In this document: positions 55,127-63,560 of the stretch, in pieces | Layout of the letters: the number at the start of each line of letters is the position of its first letter | How positions within the stretch are numbered: the first letter of the stretch is position 1 | NCBI GenBank assembly: GCA_001819605.1 | Contig: MHNE01000017.1 | Span: 10 to 64,009, forward strand | DNA from: Candidatus Portnoybacteria bacterium RIFCSPLOWO2_01_FULL_43_11 | Lineage (GTDB): Bacteria > Patescibacteriota > Minisyncoccia > Portnoybacterales > UBA2143 | Direction of reading: 5' to 3' | Length of the DNA stretch: 64,000 bases | The notes under the pieces: model-generated | What the model saw: only the letters and a program-made list of their open reading frames with translations | Databases searched by the model: none | Told to the model about the DNA's origin: nothing | Position numbers and translations under genes: made by a program

Positions 55127-57379
55127 TTATTCAACCAAATCGCGCCAAAAGTTAACTATCTTTCCGATATTTTTTTGGCGGTTGAATCTAACTTTGACCA
55201 TTTTTCTACCCGCCTCCCCCATTTGTCTGGCTTTTTCCGGATGATTGAGGAGGTACAAAGCTTTTTCAGTCAAGCCGCGGCTATCGCCAATCGGCGTTAA
55301 AAATCCGTTTTTACCGTCAATTACAATCTCTTTTGAACCGGTGGTGGCTGTGGCCACGACCGGCAAACCAGCGGCCATGGCTTCAATCAAGACTTTGCCA
55401 AAGCTTTCGTGTTTTGAGGAAGAGACATAAACATCGGAAGCGTGGTAATAATTAGTCAATTCGCTTTGCTTGATTTTGGGGGTAGAAGTTAAAATTAAAC
55501 TTTCGTCAGCTTTTATTTTCTCCGGCAGATAAAAATCAGCCCCGATTTGTAAAAAAGCCAGATTTTTATATTTTTCATAAACTAAGCTAATGGTTTTAAA
55601 AAGATTTTCGTAGTCTTTAGTTATTTCAGCCCGACGGCCCACATTGATAATAGTTTTTTTATTTTGGTGCTTCTCTCTTAAATCCCTTACTTTTTCGCGG
55701 TCGTAATTTTCAAAAATTTCCAAATCAACCGGCGTGGGAATAACTCTGATTTTATTTTTGTCAATTCCGGCCGCGATCAGTTTTTGCCTAATGCCCGAAC
55801 TGACCGCCCTAATGCCGTCAGCTCTTTTTGTTAAAAATTTACTCAAAAAAAGCAATAAAAAATTAAACCATCTTTCTTCCAACCAATATTTATTTTCCCA
55901 AAAATCTCCGTGAAAATGAATAAGCAAAGGAATTTTCAACTTCTTTTTTAAAAACCAGCCGGCCAAACCAGTAATAAAAGGGTCTTGAACGATGATTAAA
56001 CCGCTGTCTAAATGTTTCCGGCCGATTCTATACGCGTCAAAAACATAAAAAATCTTTAGCAACGAATTAGTCGGATAAGCCGTTAAGTTATTTTTAAATT
56101 TTTTTTTCTTAAAACCCTTTTTTGAAAAAACAATAATCTTAAGCCCTTTTAGCCACGGCTTAAGCCGCCTGGCGTATTCCTCGTGTCTTTCTATAACATC
56201 TCCGCTGTAATCAACTCCGAACCACGTCCTATCCGTCCCAATCATTAAAACTTTCTTTTTTATCAAGTTATTAAAAATATTTATATGGCTTTCAACCACC
56301 TCTGGCCAGGAATAATCCGCAGAAATCAGAGAAATCCGCTCTTGGTATTTTTTGTAATTCTCCTCATCTAAAAGATAATTTATTTTATCCGTTAAATCTT
56401 TTTGATTAAAGGGGTCAATAAAAATCAGATTATTTTTAAATCGCTCGTAGAATCCTGTTTCTTTGGTTAAAAGAATGGGTTTTTTAAGTTTAATGCATTC
56501 CAAAGCCAAATTTGGGCTAACCTCTGATAAAGAAGGGAGGATAACTAAAAAACATTTAGAAATTTCTTGAGTCAGCTTTTGAAAAGACAATTTATCTCTA
56601 AAAATAACATTCTTTTCCAAGTTATTTTCTCTCGTTATTTTTTCTAAATATTTTTTTTGGGGACCTTGGCCGATAATTTCCAGCCGCAAATCAGGATTTT
56701 TAACTAAAATCAGTTTAAAGGATTTGATTAAATAATCTATGTTTTTTAATTTGATTAGCCGGCCGGCAAAAATAATTTTTTGATTATTGGCGGCTTTAGA
56801 GAATGGTTTATCTTGAGGAAAAGGATTCTCAATAATTTTTGCTTTTTCTTTTTTAATTTTATAATTTTTAAAATATATTTCTTTTTGCCAACTTGTAGAA
56901 AATATAACTAAATCCGCTGTCTTTAACACCTGCCTTCCAAGCCAAAAAAATAATCTTTCTTTAAAATTTTTCGTCTTCTCGTAATATCGGCTCAAAGGCT
57001 TTTCTGACCACCCTTTTTCAACGGCTTTTTCCCATAAAAAATCGCCGCCTAAACGAATGATTAATTTCTTTTTAAGGAACTTTTTAACCAGAGCAGACGG
57101 CAGGCCGGAGCTGAATAAATCTTGAGCGTAAATTATATGAGCGTCTTTGGCTATTTTAAATAAATTCCGAAAATAAAAAAAATAACGGATAAGCAGGGAA
57201 CGGCCTCTTATGATTCTTACAAGCGGGAAATTATCTGAATAATCTTTTTGGCTGTCGGAGTAAGTGATAACGCTGATTTCTATGTTTTTCTTTTTAAGCT
57301 CGTCAGCCAGTTTTTTTACATAAACGGCTGGCCCGCCAATGTCCGGAGGAAAAATACCGCTGGCGATTAAAATTTTCAT
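55127..57379 (-). CDS. Fused double family 4 glycosyltransferase (two GT-B modules in one 750-aa protein)
   Basis: Module 1: MKILIASGIFPPDIGGPAVY ... SEVSPNLALECIKLKKPILLT. Module 2: KVLMIGTD ... HESFGKVLIEAMAAGLPVVAT. Confidence 0.75.
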   Translation of the reverse strand: MKILIASGIFPPDIGGPAVYVKKLADELKKKNIEISVITYSDSQKDYSDNFPLVRIIRGRSLLIRYFFYFRNLFKIAKDAHIIYAQDLFSSGLPSALVKKFLKKKLIIRLGGDFLWEKAVEKGWSEKPLSRYYEKTKNFKERLFFWLGRQVLKTADLVIFSTSWQKEIYFKNYKIKKEKAKIIENPFPQDKPFSKAANNQKIIFAGRLIKLKNIDYLIKSFKLILVKNPDLRLEIIGQGPQKKYLEKITRENNLEKNVIFRDKLSFQKLTQEISKCFLVILPSLSEVSPNLALECIKLKKPILLTKETGFYERFKNNLIFIDPFNQKDLTDKINYLLDEENYKKYQERISLISADYSWPEVVESHINIFNNLIKKKVLMIGTDRTWFGVDYSGDVIERHEEYARRLKPWLKGLKIIVFSKKGFKKKKFKNNLTAYPTNSLLKIFYVFDAYRIGRKHLDSGLIIVQDPFITGLAGWFLKKKLKIPLLIHFHGDFWENKYWLEERWFNFLLLFLSKFLTKRADGIRAVSSGIRQKLIAAGIDKNKIRVIPTPVDLEIFENYDREKVRDLREKHQNKKTIINVGRRAEITKDYENLFKTISLVYEKYKNLAFLQIGADFYLPEKIKADESLILTSTPKIKQSELTNYYHASDVYVSSSKHESFGKVLIEAMAAGLPVVATATTGSKEIVIDGKNGFLTPIGDSRGLTEKALYLLNHPEKARQMGEAGRKMVKVRFNRQKNIGKIVNFWRDLVE

Positions 57380-58560
57380 AATTTTTTAAATATTTCCTCC
57401 ATTTTTAAAGCGATACTTTCCCAGTCGTATTTTTCAAAAATCAGCTTTTTCCCGTTTTTTATAATTCTTTCTTTTAGCTCGTTATCGGACAATATTTCTT
57501 TAATTTTTAAAGCGATGCTTTTGGGATTTCCCGGTTCGCAAAAAAGACCTGTTTCTCTTTCTTTTAAAAAATCAGGAATGCCGCCCACCGGCGTGCCGAT
57601 AACGGGCAGGCCAACGGCCATCGCTTCTAAAAACGCGTTGCCCAACCCCTCGGACAAAGAAGGTCTCACAAAAACATCGCTTATGGACAAATATTGAGGC
57701 AAATCCAGATGTTTAATATAGCCCAAGAATATTACTTTATTTTTAAATTTCAATTTTTCAACTAAAGATTTCAATTTTTGTTCGTCTTTGCCTTGACCAA
57801 TAATTAAAATTTTAAACGGCAAATCCAGATATTGTCCCGCTTTAATTAAATCGTCAACGGCGTTTTTTTTCACTAATCTTGAAACAGTAATAATAACTTT
57901 TTCATTCGTTTTTACGCCTAATTTTAATTTTAATTCGGACTCTTGCCTCTCGTCTGTCTCTCTTAAATTATTTATTTTAAAATTTTTAAGACTAACGCCG
58001 TTGGGAACTGTCTCAATCGGACATTTGGCCCCGCTTCTTATGACCCGCTCCTTTAAATCAGCGCTGATAACGGTAATATAATCAGCCCGCCTAAAAGGCA
58101 AAAGATGCCACGGTCTGATAAATATTTTATATAAAAATTCAATATTTAAAACATATCTTTTTAAATATTCTTCCGGGTCTCCTTCCTGAATCGTCAAAAG
58201 AATTTTTTTAGCCGGATAAAATAATTTAAAATAAACGGCGGCTATACCGGCCTGACTGGCCATTATTGACCAAATAAACCGGTAATTTCTTTTTTTATTT
58301 AACCTGACTGCTTTTAAAAAACCCGAAATCGGAAGAAGAAACTTGTCTAAAAATCCCAACCCAAGGCCAAGCCGATAAATATTAACATTCCCTTGTTTTT
58401 CAAATTTGCTTAATCGTCTGTCCTGCCGAGCGGTAATTAAATCAAAGCTCCAATTTTTAACTCTATCAGTAATTTCTTTAATTGCCAGCTCGGCGCCGCC
58501 GATAAAAGGCAGATAGGCGGTAGAAAAAATCAAAACTCTTGGCTCTTGATTATTGGCCAT
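57376..58560 (-). CDS. Family 4 glycosyltransferase
   Basis: SEGLGNAFLEAMAVGLPVIGTPVGGIPDF. The start was set to MANNQEPRVLIFST (58560). The ORF-track extension to 58659 is antisense to the divergent gene. Confidence 0.8.
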   Translation of the reverse strand: MANNQEPRVLIFSTAYLPFIGGAELAIKEITDRVKNWSFDLITARQDRRLSKFEKQGNVNIYRLGLGLGFLDKFLLPISGFLKAVRLNKKRNYRFIWSIMASQAGIAAVYFKLFYPAKKILLTIQEGDPEEYLKRYVLNIEFLYKIFIRPWHLLPFRRADYITVISADLKERVIRSGAKCPIETVPNGVSLKNFKINNLRETDERQESELKLKLGVKTNEKVIITVSRLVKKNAVDDLIKAGQYLDLPFKILIIGQGKDEQKLKSLVEKLKFKNKVIFLGYIKHLDLPQYLSISDVFVRPSLSEGLGNAFLEAMAVGLPVIGTPVGGIPDFLKERETGLFCEPGNPKSIALKIKEILSDNELKERIIKNGKKLIFEKYDWESIALKMEEIFKKL

Positions 58561-58582
58561 ATATCGTCTACTATAGTATAAA

Positions 58583-59776
58583 ATGGCTGAAAAATCAACT
58601 TGTTCGCAAAAGAGAGTCTTATATGTCATTACCAAATCAGTCTGGGGCGGAGCCGCCAAGTATGTTTATGATTTATCCACTTGCCTTTCAAAAGAAAATT
58701 TTGAGGTATTTATAGCGGCTGGCCCAGCGCCTAAAAAAGCCCGTTATGGAAAAGGAAATCAGGGAAAATTCGCCCAAAAAATCAAGGAAGCCGGCCTTCC
58801 TTATCTTAATATTTCCAGTTTTCAAAGAAGCGTCAATCCTCTAAAAGACATTTTTGCCTTCTTTGAAATATTGATTCTGCTTTTAAAAATAAAACCGGAT
58901 GTCATCCATGTCAACAGCCCTAAAGCCGGCGGGATCACCGGAGTGGCCGCTTTTATTTATAAAATTCTATATAAAACTCATATTGTCTACACTCCCCACG
59001 GCTGGGCCGTAAATGAAGACAGACCTAAATGGCAGATTTTTTTAATTAAATTTTTCAGTAAATTAACCTGCTTATTCTATGACCGGATAATCTGCGTTTC
59101 TGAATACGATAAAAAAATAGCTTTTGAAAATAATATTGCGCCGTCTTATAAAATAACTTTGATTCATGTGAGTATCACTCCTAAAAATATATTATTTCTT
59201 CCCCGTCAGGAGGCCCAAAAAAAATTACTCAACGGTAAAATATCTCCTCTGGTTATCGGAACAATCGCTGAATGGAATAAAAATAAAGGATTATTTTTTC
59301 TCCTTGAAGCGATAATAAAAATTAAGCCATTGATTAAAGAGTTTGATGTAGTTTTAATCGGCAGCGGAGAAAACGCGGATAAAGTTAAAATGTATGATTT
59401 TGTCAAAAAGAATAATTTAGAAAATGTTCATTTAATAGAATGGATTGACCAGGCCGCGGCTTATTTAAAAGCCCTTGATATTTTTGTCCTTCCTTCAATT
59501 AAGGAAGGTTTTCCTTATTCCATTCTTGAAGCCATGGCCGCAGAACTACCGATCATTACAACGCCGGCCGGCGGTATTCCAGAAGTTATTGAAAATAATA
59601 TTAACGGAATTTTAGTCCATTCAAAAAACAGCCAAGAAATAGCTGAAAAAATCCTTTATTTAATAAATAATCCGGAAATCGGCCGCGAATTGGCAAAAAA
59701 AGCGAAAGAAAAAGTTGAAAAAGAATTCAGCTTGGAAAAAATGGTCAAAGAAACAGAAAAGATTTATTCTATTTGA
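58583..59776 (+). CDS. Family 4 glycosyltransferase
   Basis: RVLYVITKSVWGGAAKYV and KEGFPYSILEAMAAELPIITTPAGGIPEV. Confidence 0.8.
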   Translation: MAEKSTCSQKRVLYVITKSVWGGAAKYVYDLSTCLSKENFEVFIAAGPAPKKARYGKGNQGKFAQKIKEAGLPYLNISSFQRSVNPLKDIFAFFEILILLLKIKPDVIHVNSPKAGGITGVAAFIYKILYKTHIVYTPHGWAVNEDRPKWQIFLIKFFSKLTCLFYDRIICVSEYDKKIAFENNIAPSYKITLIHVSITPKNILFLPRQEAQKKLLNGKISPLVIGTIAEWNKNKGLFFLLEAIIKIKPLIKEFDVVLIGSGENADKVKMYDFVKKNNLENVHLIEWIDQAAAYLKALDIFVLPSIKEGFPYSILEAMAAELPIITTPAGGIPEVIENNINGILVHSKNSQEIAEKILYLINNPEIGRELAKKAKEKVEKEFSLEKMVKETEKIYSI

Positions 59777-61583
59777 CCTCTTTTTCTATATCCTTTAATT
59801 CCTTGCCCACGAATCTCTCGGCGTCGTCTAAATCTTTCTTAAGCTGTTTGAGAATCTTTTGCTCCTCTTTTGTCAGGCCTCTTTTATTCCTGGTTTTTTC
59901 AAGCAGTTTAATCTGCTCCTGAATTTCCTCCCTTAACAAATTAAAGGCCTTATGAAGCGCCTGCTCCGCTTCTCCCACTTCTTTTCTTAATCTTTTTTTG
60001 AAAAGATTGAATTTATGCCAGCCGTACCAAACCACAAATAACATTAAAACAATAAGCGCTATAATAGGAACCGCTACTGAAAGCAAATTTATCGTCTTGG
60101 ATCCGATTCGCAAAAAAGCTGAAGGTTTTACTGCGATAGTTATCTTTTCCGTGGGCAAGCTCTTGGCGCCTCTTTCATCCATTACTTCAGCCCAAAATCC
60201 ATAGACTCCATCTTTTGGTTTTTCATCAGCCGCGAAAATAAAATTACCATCTTTATCGCTTCTGGTTGTCCGGCTTTTAGCGGCCTCATCCTGACGCTCT
60301 AACCCCGTTATAATTTGAGCACTTGGATATTCATCCTGACGCTCTAGCCACGCTATAATTTGAGCGTTTGGATACTTAGTCGTTCCTTTGATAATTAGCT
60401 GCTCTCCGCTCTCTAATTCTTTTGGCCATTCAGTGATAAAAGGCGATTCTAATGGTTCAATAATAAATTCCACTGAATTAGCCAAGCTGTTGCCGGCTCT
60501 GTCTGTGGCTTTCGCAATTAAAATATGCTTGCCCGGCCATAAAACGGCTGTCTCGTAAATATGACGGCCGTCATCTTGCCAGATCTCCGGGCTTTTAGCG
60601 TCAATCTGAATCTCATAAAAATCAATACCGGAAGTTTTATCCTCCGCGTTAAAAACAAATTTTGCTTTTGGTTCGGTTAAATCCTCGCGGATAATTTCTT
60701 TAATTTCAAAATAGTCCGGTTTTTGGCTGTCAATCTGAAACCGGAAATGAGAAACCTCTCCCCAACCAGCCTGATTTTTAAAACGAGCGTGAAAATACCA
60801 GACTCCGTCATTTAAGCCCGAGATTTCTTTAGATGAAACAGGAGGAATATAAGATGTTATTGGAACAGCGCTGGGAAGTTCGCCGACCAAAAGCCGAACG
60901 CCCGTTACATTTTCCGGCAGGTCCCAGGTAAATTTGGGATTATTTTCTCTATACCACTTATTGGGATCAGGGTGCGTTGACGAAGAAATGCGCGGCGCCA
61001 AAGGAACGCCGGCCGCTTCAGAAGGCGTTGTCGCTTCCGGCGCCGAAGGACCGGCCGCGCCAAAAGAGAAACCAGCTCCTCCCAAACTGGCTAAAATATT
61101 TGTTCCCTTGCCGTCATTGGCCAGAACCGAACCGGAAGAAAAAGTCAAAGCCGCTGAACCGGCCGCTTTTATCTTAAAATTAACCGTAATGATTTTTCCC
61201 AACGAACCGATAAAACCCGGATTTAAAATAATTCCCTCAAAATTGACCGTGCCAACTGAATTAGAAAATGACGGCTCCTGAACCCAAAGAGTTATTATTG
61301 AACCGGCTTTGGAAATTCCAGTAACTTCCAGCTTATCCGGCGGATATGAAATAATGCCGGAAGCCGCGTTCATTGCCTGATCCGGACTTGAAGTATAGAT
61401 ACTGACGGAGAATGCGCCGCCGACTCCGTAAGAACCGGAAGAAGGAGAAAAATAAAGGCTCGCGGCATTCGCCGCTTTGCCTAAAACACTAAACAACACG
61501 AATAGGAACACAAAAAGACACAAACACAAAATAATTTTCGTGTAGTTTCGTGTTAGTATTTGTGTCTTTTCGTGTTTTATCAT
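59769..61583 (-). CDS. Secreted, C-terminally membrane-anchored cohesin-like domain protein with a cytoplasmic coiled-coil tail
   Basis: Signal peptide ...FSVLGKAANA. A cohesin-like module LYFSPSSGSYGVGGAFSVSIY...VNFEGIILNPGF...FKIKAAG, then an STHPDPNKWY segment, a TM helix (LLSVAVPIIALIVLMLFVVWYGW) and a K/E-rich tail. The start at 61583 forms an ATGA overlap with the upstream stop. Confidence 0.6.
   Translation of the reverse strand: MIKHEKTQILTRNYTKIILCLCLFVFLFVLFSVLGKAANAASLYFSPSSGSYGVGGAFSVSIYTSSPDQAMNAASGIISYPPDKLEVTGISKAGSIITLWVQEPSFSNSVGTVNFEGIILNPGFIGSLGKIITVNFKIKAAGSAALTFSSGSVLANDGKGTNILASLGGAGFSFGAAGPSAPEATTPSEAAGVPLAPRISSSTHPDPNKWYRENNPKFTWDLPENVTGVRLLVGELPSAVPITSYIPPVSSKEISGLNDGVWYFHARFKNQAGWGEVSHFRFQIDSQKPDYFEIKEIIREDLTEPKAKFVFNAEDKTSGIDFYEIQIDAKSPEIWQDDGRHIYETAVLWPGKHILIAKATDRAGNSLANSVEFIIEPLESPFITEWPKELESGEQLIIKGTTKYPNAQIIAWLERQDEYPSAQIITGLERQDEAAKSRTTRSDKDGNFIFAADEKPKDGVYGFWAEVMDERGAKSLPTEKITIAVKPSAFLRIGSKTINLLSVAVPIIALIVLMLFVVWYGWHKFNLFKKRLRKEVGEAEQALHKAFNLLREEIQEQIKLLEKTRNKRGLTKEEQKILKQLKKDLDDAERFVGKELKDIEKEVK
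60286..60375 (-). repeat. 45-bp in-frame tandem duplication (2 copies)
   Basis: 60286..60330 and 60331..60375 are near-identical. They encode YPSAQIITGLERQDE and YPNAQIIAWLERQDE. Confidence 0.8.
61496..61575. repeat. Imperfect palindrome built from ACAC(G/A)AA / TT(C/T)GTGT heptamers at the gene junction
   Basis: Plus-strand ACACRAA at 61496, 61508, 61518 and 61524. TTYGTGT at 61537, 61547, 61559 and 61569. The 17-nt arms 61508..61524 and 61559..61575 are complementary at 16 of 17 positions, and the mismatch gives a G-U pair in RNA. Confidence 0.65.
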
Positions 61584-62527
61584 GTTTTTGTCTGCGAATG
61601 TCTCTTTCGTAAAACTTTTTTCATAATGTAAAAAATAAATGCAACGCCTAATATAATTATAACCCAAATTTCATACCTTTCATACCATCTAAGCGGATAT
61701 TTCGGAAGCAGTATTTCTATTCTTTCATTGCCCGCTTTGTCAATTGCTTTAATGTAGATCCAGCTTTTAAGCCCTTGGTCTTTTAAAATATACGGACTCT
61801 CTACCTTAATCCATTTATTCGTGTCTATTCGTGTTTCATCTATTTTTCGTGTTGTTTCGTGGACAAAATATCCGGCCATACCGGATATTTTGTCTTGAGT
61901 GGTAAAAACCAAAGACCATTTATTTTCAAAAAGCATGGGGTCGCGGGTAATTTCCGGTTTAAAGGTTTCCGGCGGCTCATTATCTTGGGATTCAATAATA
62001 ATATTTTCCTTGCCCTTGATAATCGGGAGTCTCATTTCTTCAAGCTCAAGCTCGTCTTCTATGCCGTAAGGAGTATTAAGATAGATTTTAGTTTTCTCTT
62101 TGTTAAAACTCAAAACTCCAATACCTATTTCTTTTTCAGCTTTTAATTTTACAATCAGAAGCGGCGCCCCCTCCCCCTTAAAGCCGCCCGGAATAATTCC
62201 CGAAAAGGTTAAGAGCCGGCTGGCTTCGTCAAAATGGGGTTTTTCAAGCCAGAGATTTATAATGGAACTGCCGTCGTTCGTGTCAATAGGAGTTAATTCC
62301 TCTGAAACAAAAATCGCCAAAGAAATAGCGTTAACCGGTTCTTCCGCGTCAATATTCAGCACGGCTGAAAATTCGTCTTTTTCGCCTATTACCTGCTCCT
62401 GCGGCTCGAAATACAGTCTGGCCGCCTCCGCTACTCTGACCGTAAAAATGAGGAACGAAAAAATAAAAATGTAAAATGACAATGAAAAATTCAAAATTAT
62501 TCTTTTAGGTTTTGAAAATTCGGTCAT
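61580..62527 (-). CDS. Secreted cohesin-like domain protein with a C-terminal TM anchor
   Basis: Signal peptide ...FTVRVAEA. LYFEPQEQVIG...INLWLEKPHF...LTFSGIIPGGF...VKLKAEKEIG parallels the module in 59769..61583. C-terminal TM helix IWVIIILGVAFIFYIM. Confidence 0.5.
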   Translation of the reverse strand: MTEFSKPKRIILNFSLSFYIFIFSFLIFTVRVAEAARLYFEPQEQVIGEKDEFSAVLNIDAEEPVNAISLAIFVSEELTPIDTNDGSSIINLWLEKPHFDEASRLLTFSGIIPGGFKGEGAPLLIVKLKAEKEIGIGVLSFNKEKTKIYLNTPYGIEDELELEEMRLPIIKGKENIIIESQDNEPPETFKPEITRDPMLFENKWSLVFTTQDKISGMAGYFVHETTRKIDETRIDTNKWIKVESPYILKDQGLKSWIYIKAIDKAGNERIEILLPKYPLRWYERYEIWVIIILGVAFIFYIMKKVLRKRHSQTKT

Positions 62528-62588
62528 TGGAATTTGTTTAGAAATTAGGATTTAGAAATTAGAAATTCTGGACCGGCTAAAATAAATT

Positions 62589-63557
62589 TTAGCCGGTCCA
62601 GTAGTACGCCATTATTGAAAAATCAATCAAATCAATTCTGTTATCGCCGTTTAAGTCAACTGTCTTCGGGGGATTCGGTCTTTTGTACCAATAAGCGGCA
62701 ATAGAAAAATCAACCAAATTTACCTTTTTATCATTATTTAAATCACCCTCTTTTTCCCGGCTCGGGCTTGGCTCTGCCGCTGTAGTTTTTGTTCCGACTT
62801 TAAAGCCGAGCACCTTACTGAACGAGCTGATTAAATTTTCAAGCGAAGATTTTGATTTTGTAAAATGCTGGCCAAATTCAAGAGGCGAGGTGTCAAAATT
62901 ATACAAATACACCCCATCCTTGTCAGCGGGCGTTTTTGCGAAAAACTCCTCGTCTGAATTTACCGATATGGTAATTTCAGAACTTGGCGCGCTTTGCCCA
63001 AAAATCGCGATGTTGTCGCCGCGTTTAACTTCACTCTTATCAACCGCAATAGTGGGCGCAATGAAAACGCCACCAATGTTCGTGGTGGCGCCGGAAGTTA
63101 CGCTTACCGGAAAAGTTAAAAGAGATGAGCGAACACCCTTGTTGTCTTCGCTATAGACGGAAAAAATATAATTTCCGCCCGAAAGCCCGGAAAGAGTTAC
63201 CGTAAAATTCGCGTCCGCGCCGGCAATAGTGGTTGCGGCAATTTGAGCGTCTTTAAGAAGTGTGACCGCGCTTTTAGGATACGCGCGGCCGGAGAAAATC
63301 GCGCTGGTCACGGGGGCTATTATTCCTCCGCCCCCGCCGCCTCCACCGCCACCCCCGCCGCATTGTCCACAATCAGCCGAACAAGACGAGCAGGTTTCAG
63401 AACCGTTGCAGGAACCGTCCCCGCAAGAGGACGACTGAATAACCGTTACCGTTAAGGTAGGATTTTCCGCGCTGACTTTAGAAGTTAGAAAATAAAGGGT
63501 AGAAAATAGAAGAATTATTAAGAAAATAGAAAGTAGAAAGTAGAAATTTTGAGACAT
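62589..63557 (-). CDS. Secreted protein with a Cys-rich module, a Gly12 linker, Ig-like region(s) and a C-terminal dockerin
   Basis: Signal peptide ...LTSKVSA. Cys-rich module CGDGSCNGSETCSSCSADCGQC, then 12 consecutive Gly. Two F-hand repeats, DLNNDKKVNLVD and DLNGDNRIDLID, each followed by FSI(A/M)AY(W/Y). Confidence 0.7.
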   Translation of the reverse strand: MSQNFYFLLSIFLIILLFSTLYFLTSKVSAENPTLTVTVIQSSSCGDGSCNGSETCSSCSADCGQCGGGGGGGGGGGGIIAPVTSAIFSGRAYPKSAVTLLKDAQIAATTIAGADANFTVTLSGLSGGNYIFSVYSEDNKGVRSSLLTFPVSVTSGATTNIGGVFIAPTIAVDKSEVKRGDNIAIFGQSAPSSEITISVNSDEEFFAKTPADKDGVYLYNFDTSPLEFGQHFTKSKSSLENLISSFSKVLGFKVGTKTTAAEPSPSREKEGDLNNDKKVNLVDFSIAAYWYKRPNPPKTVDLNGDNRIDLIDFSIMAYYWTG

Positions 63558-63560
63558 TCA

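Noticed and set aside
63324-63359. A C-rich/G-rich tract considered as a G-quadruplex, CRISPR repeat or foreign insert.
   Set aside because: It is in frame and encodes a Gly12 linker inside a continuous ORF. The codons are mixed GGN rather than a strict repeat, and no spacer-repeat periodicity is present.
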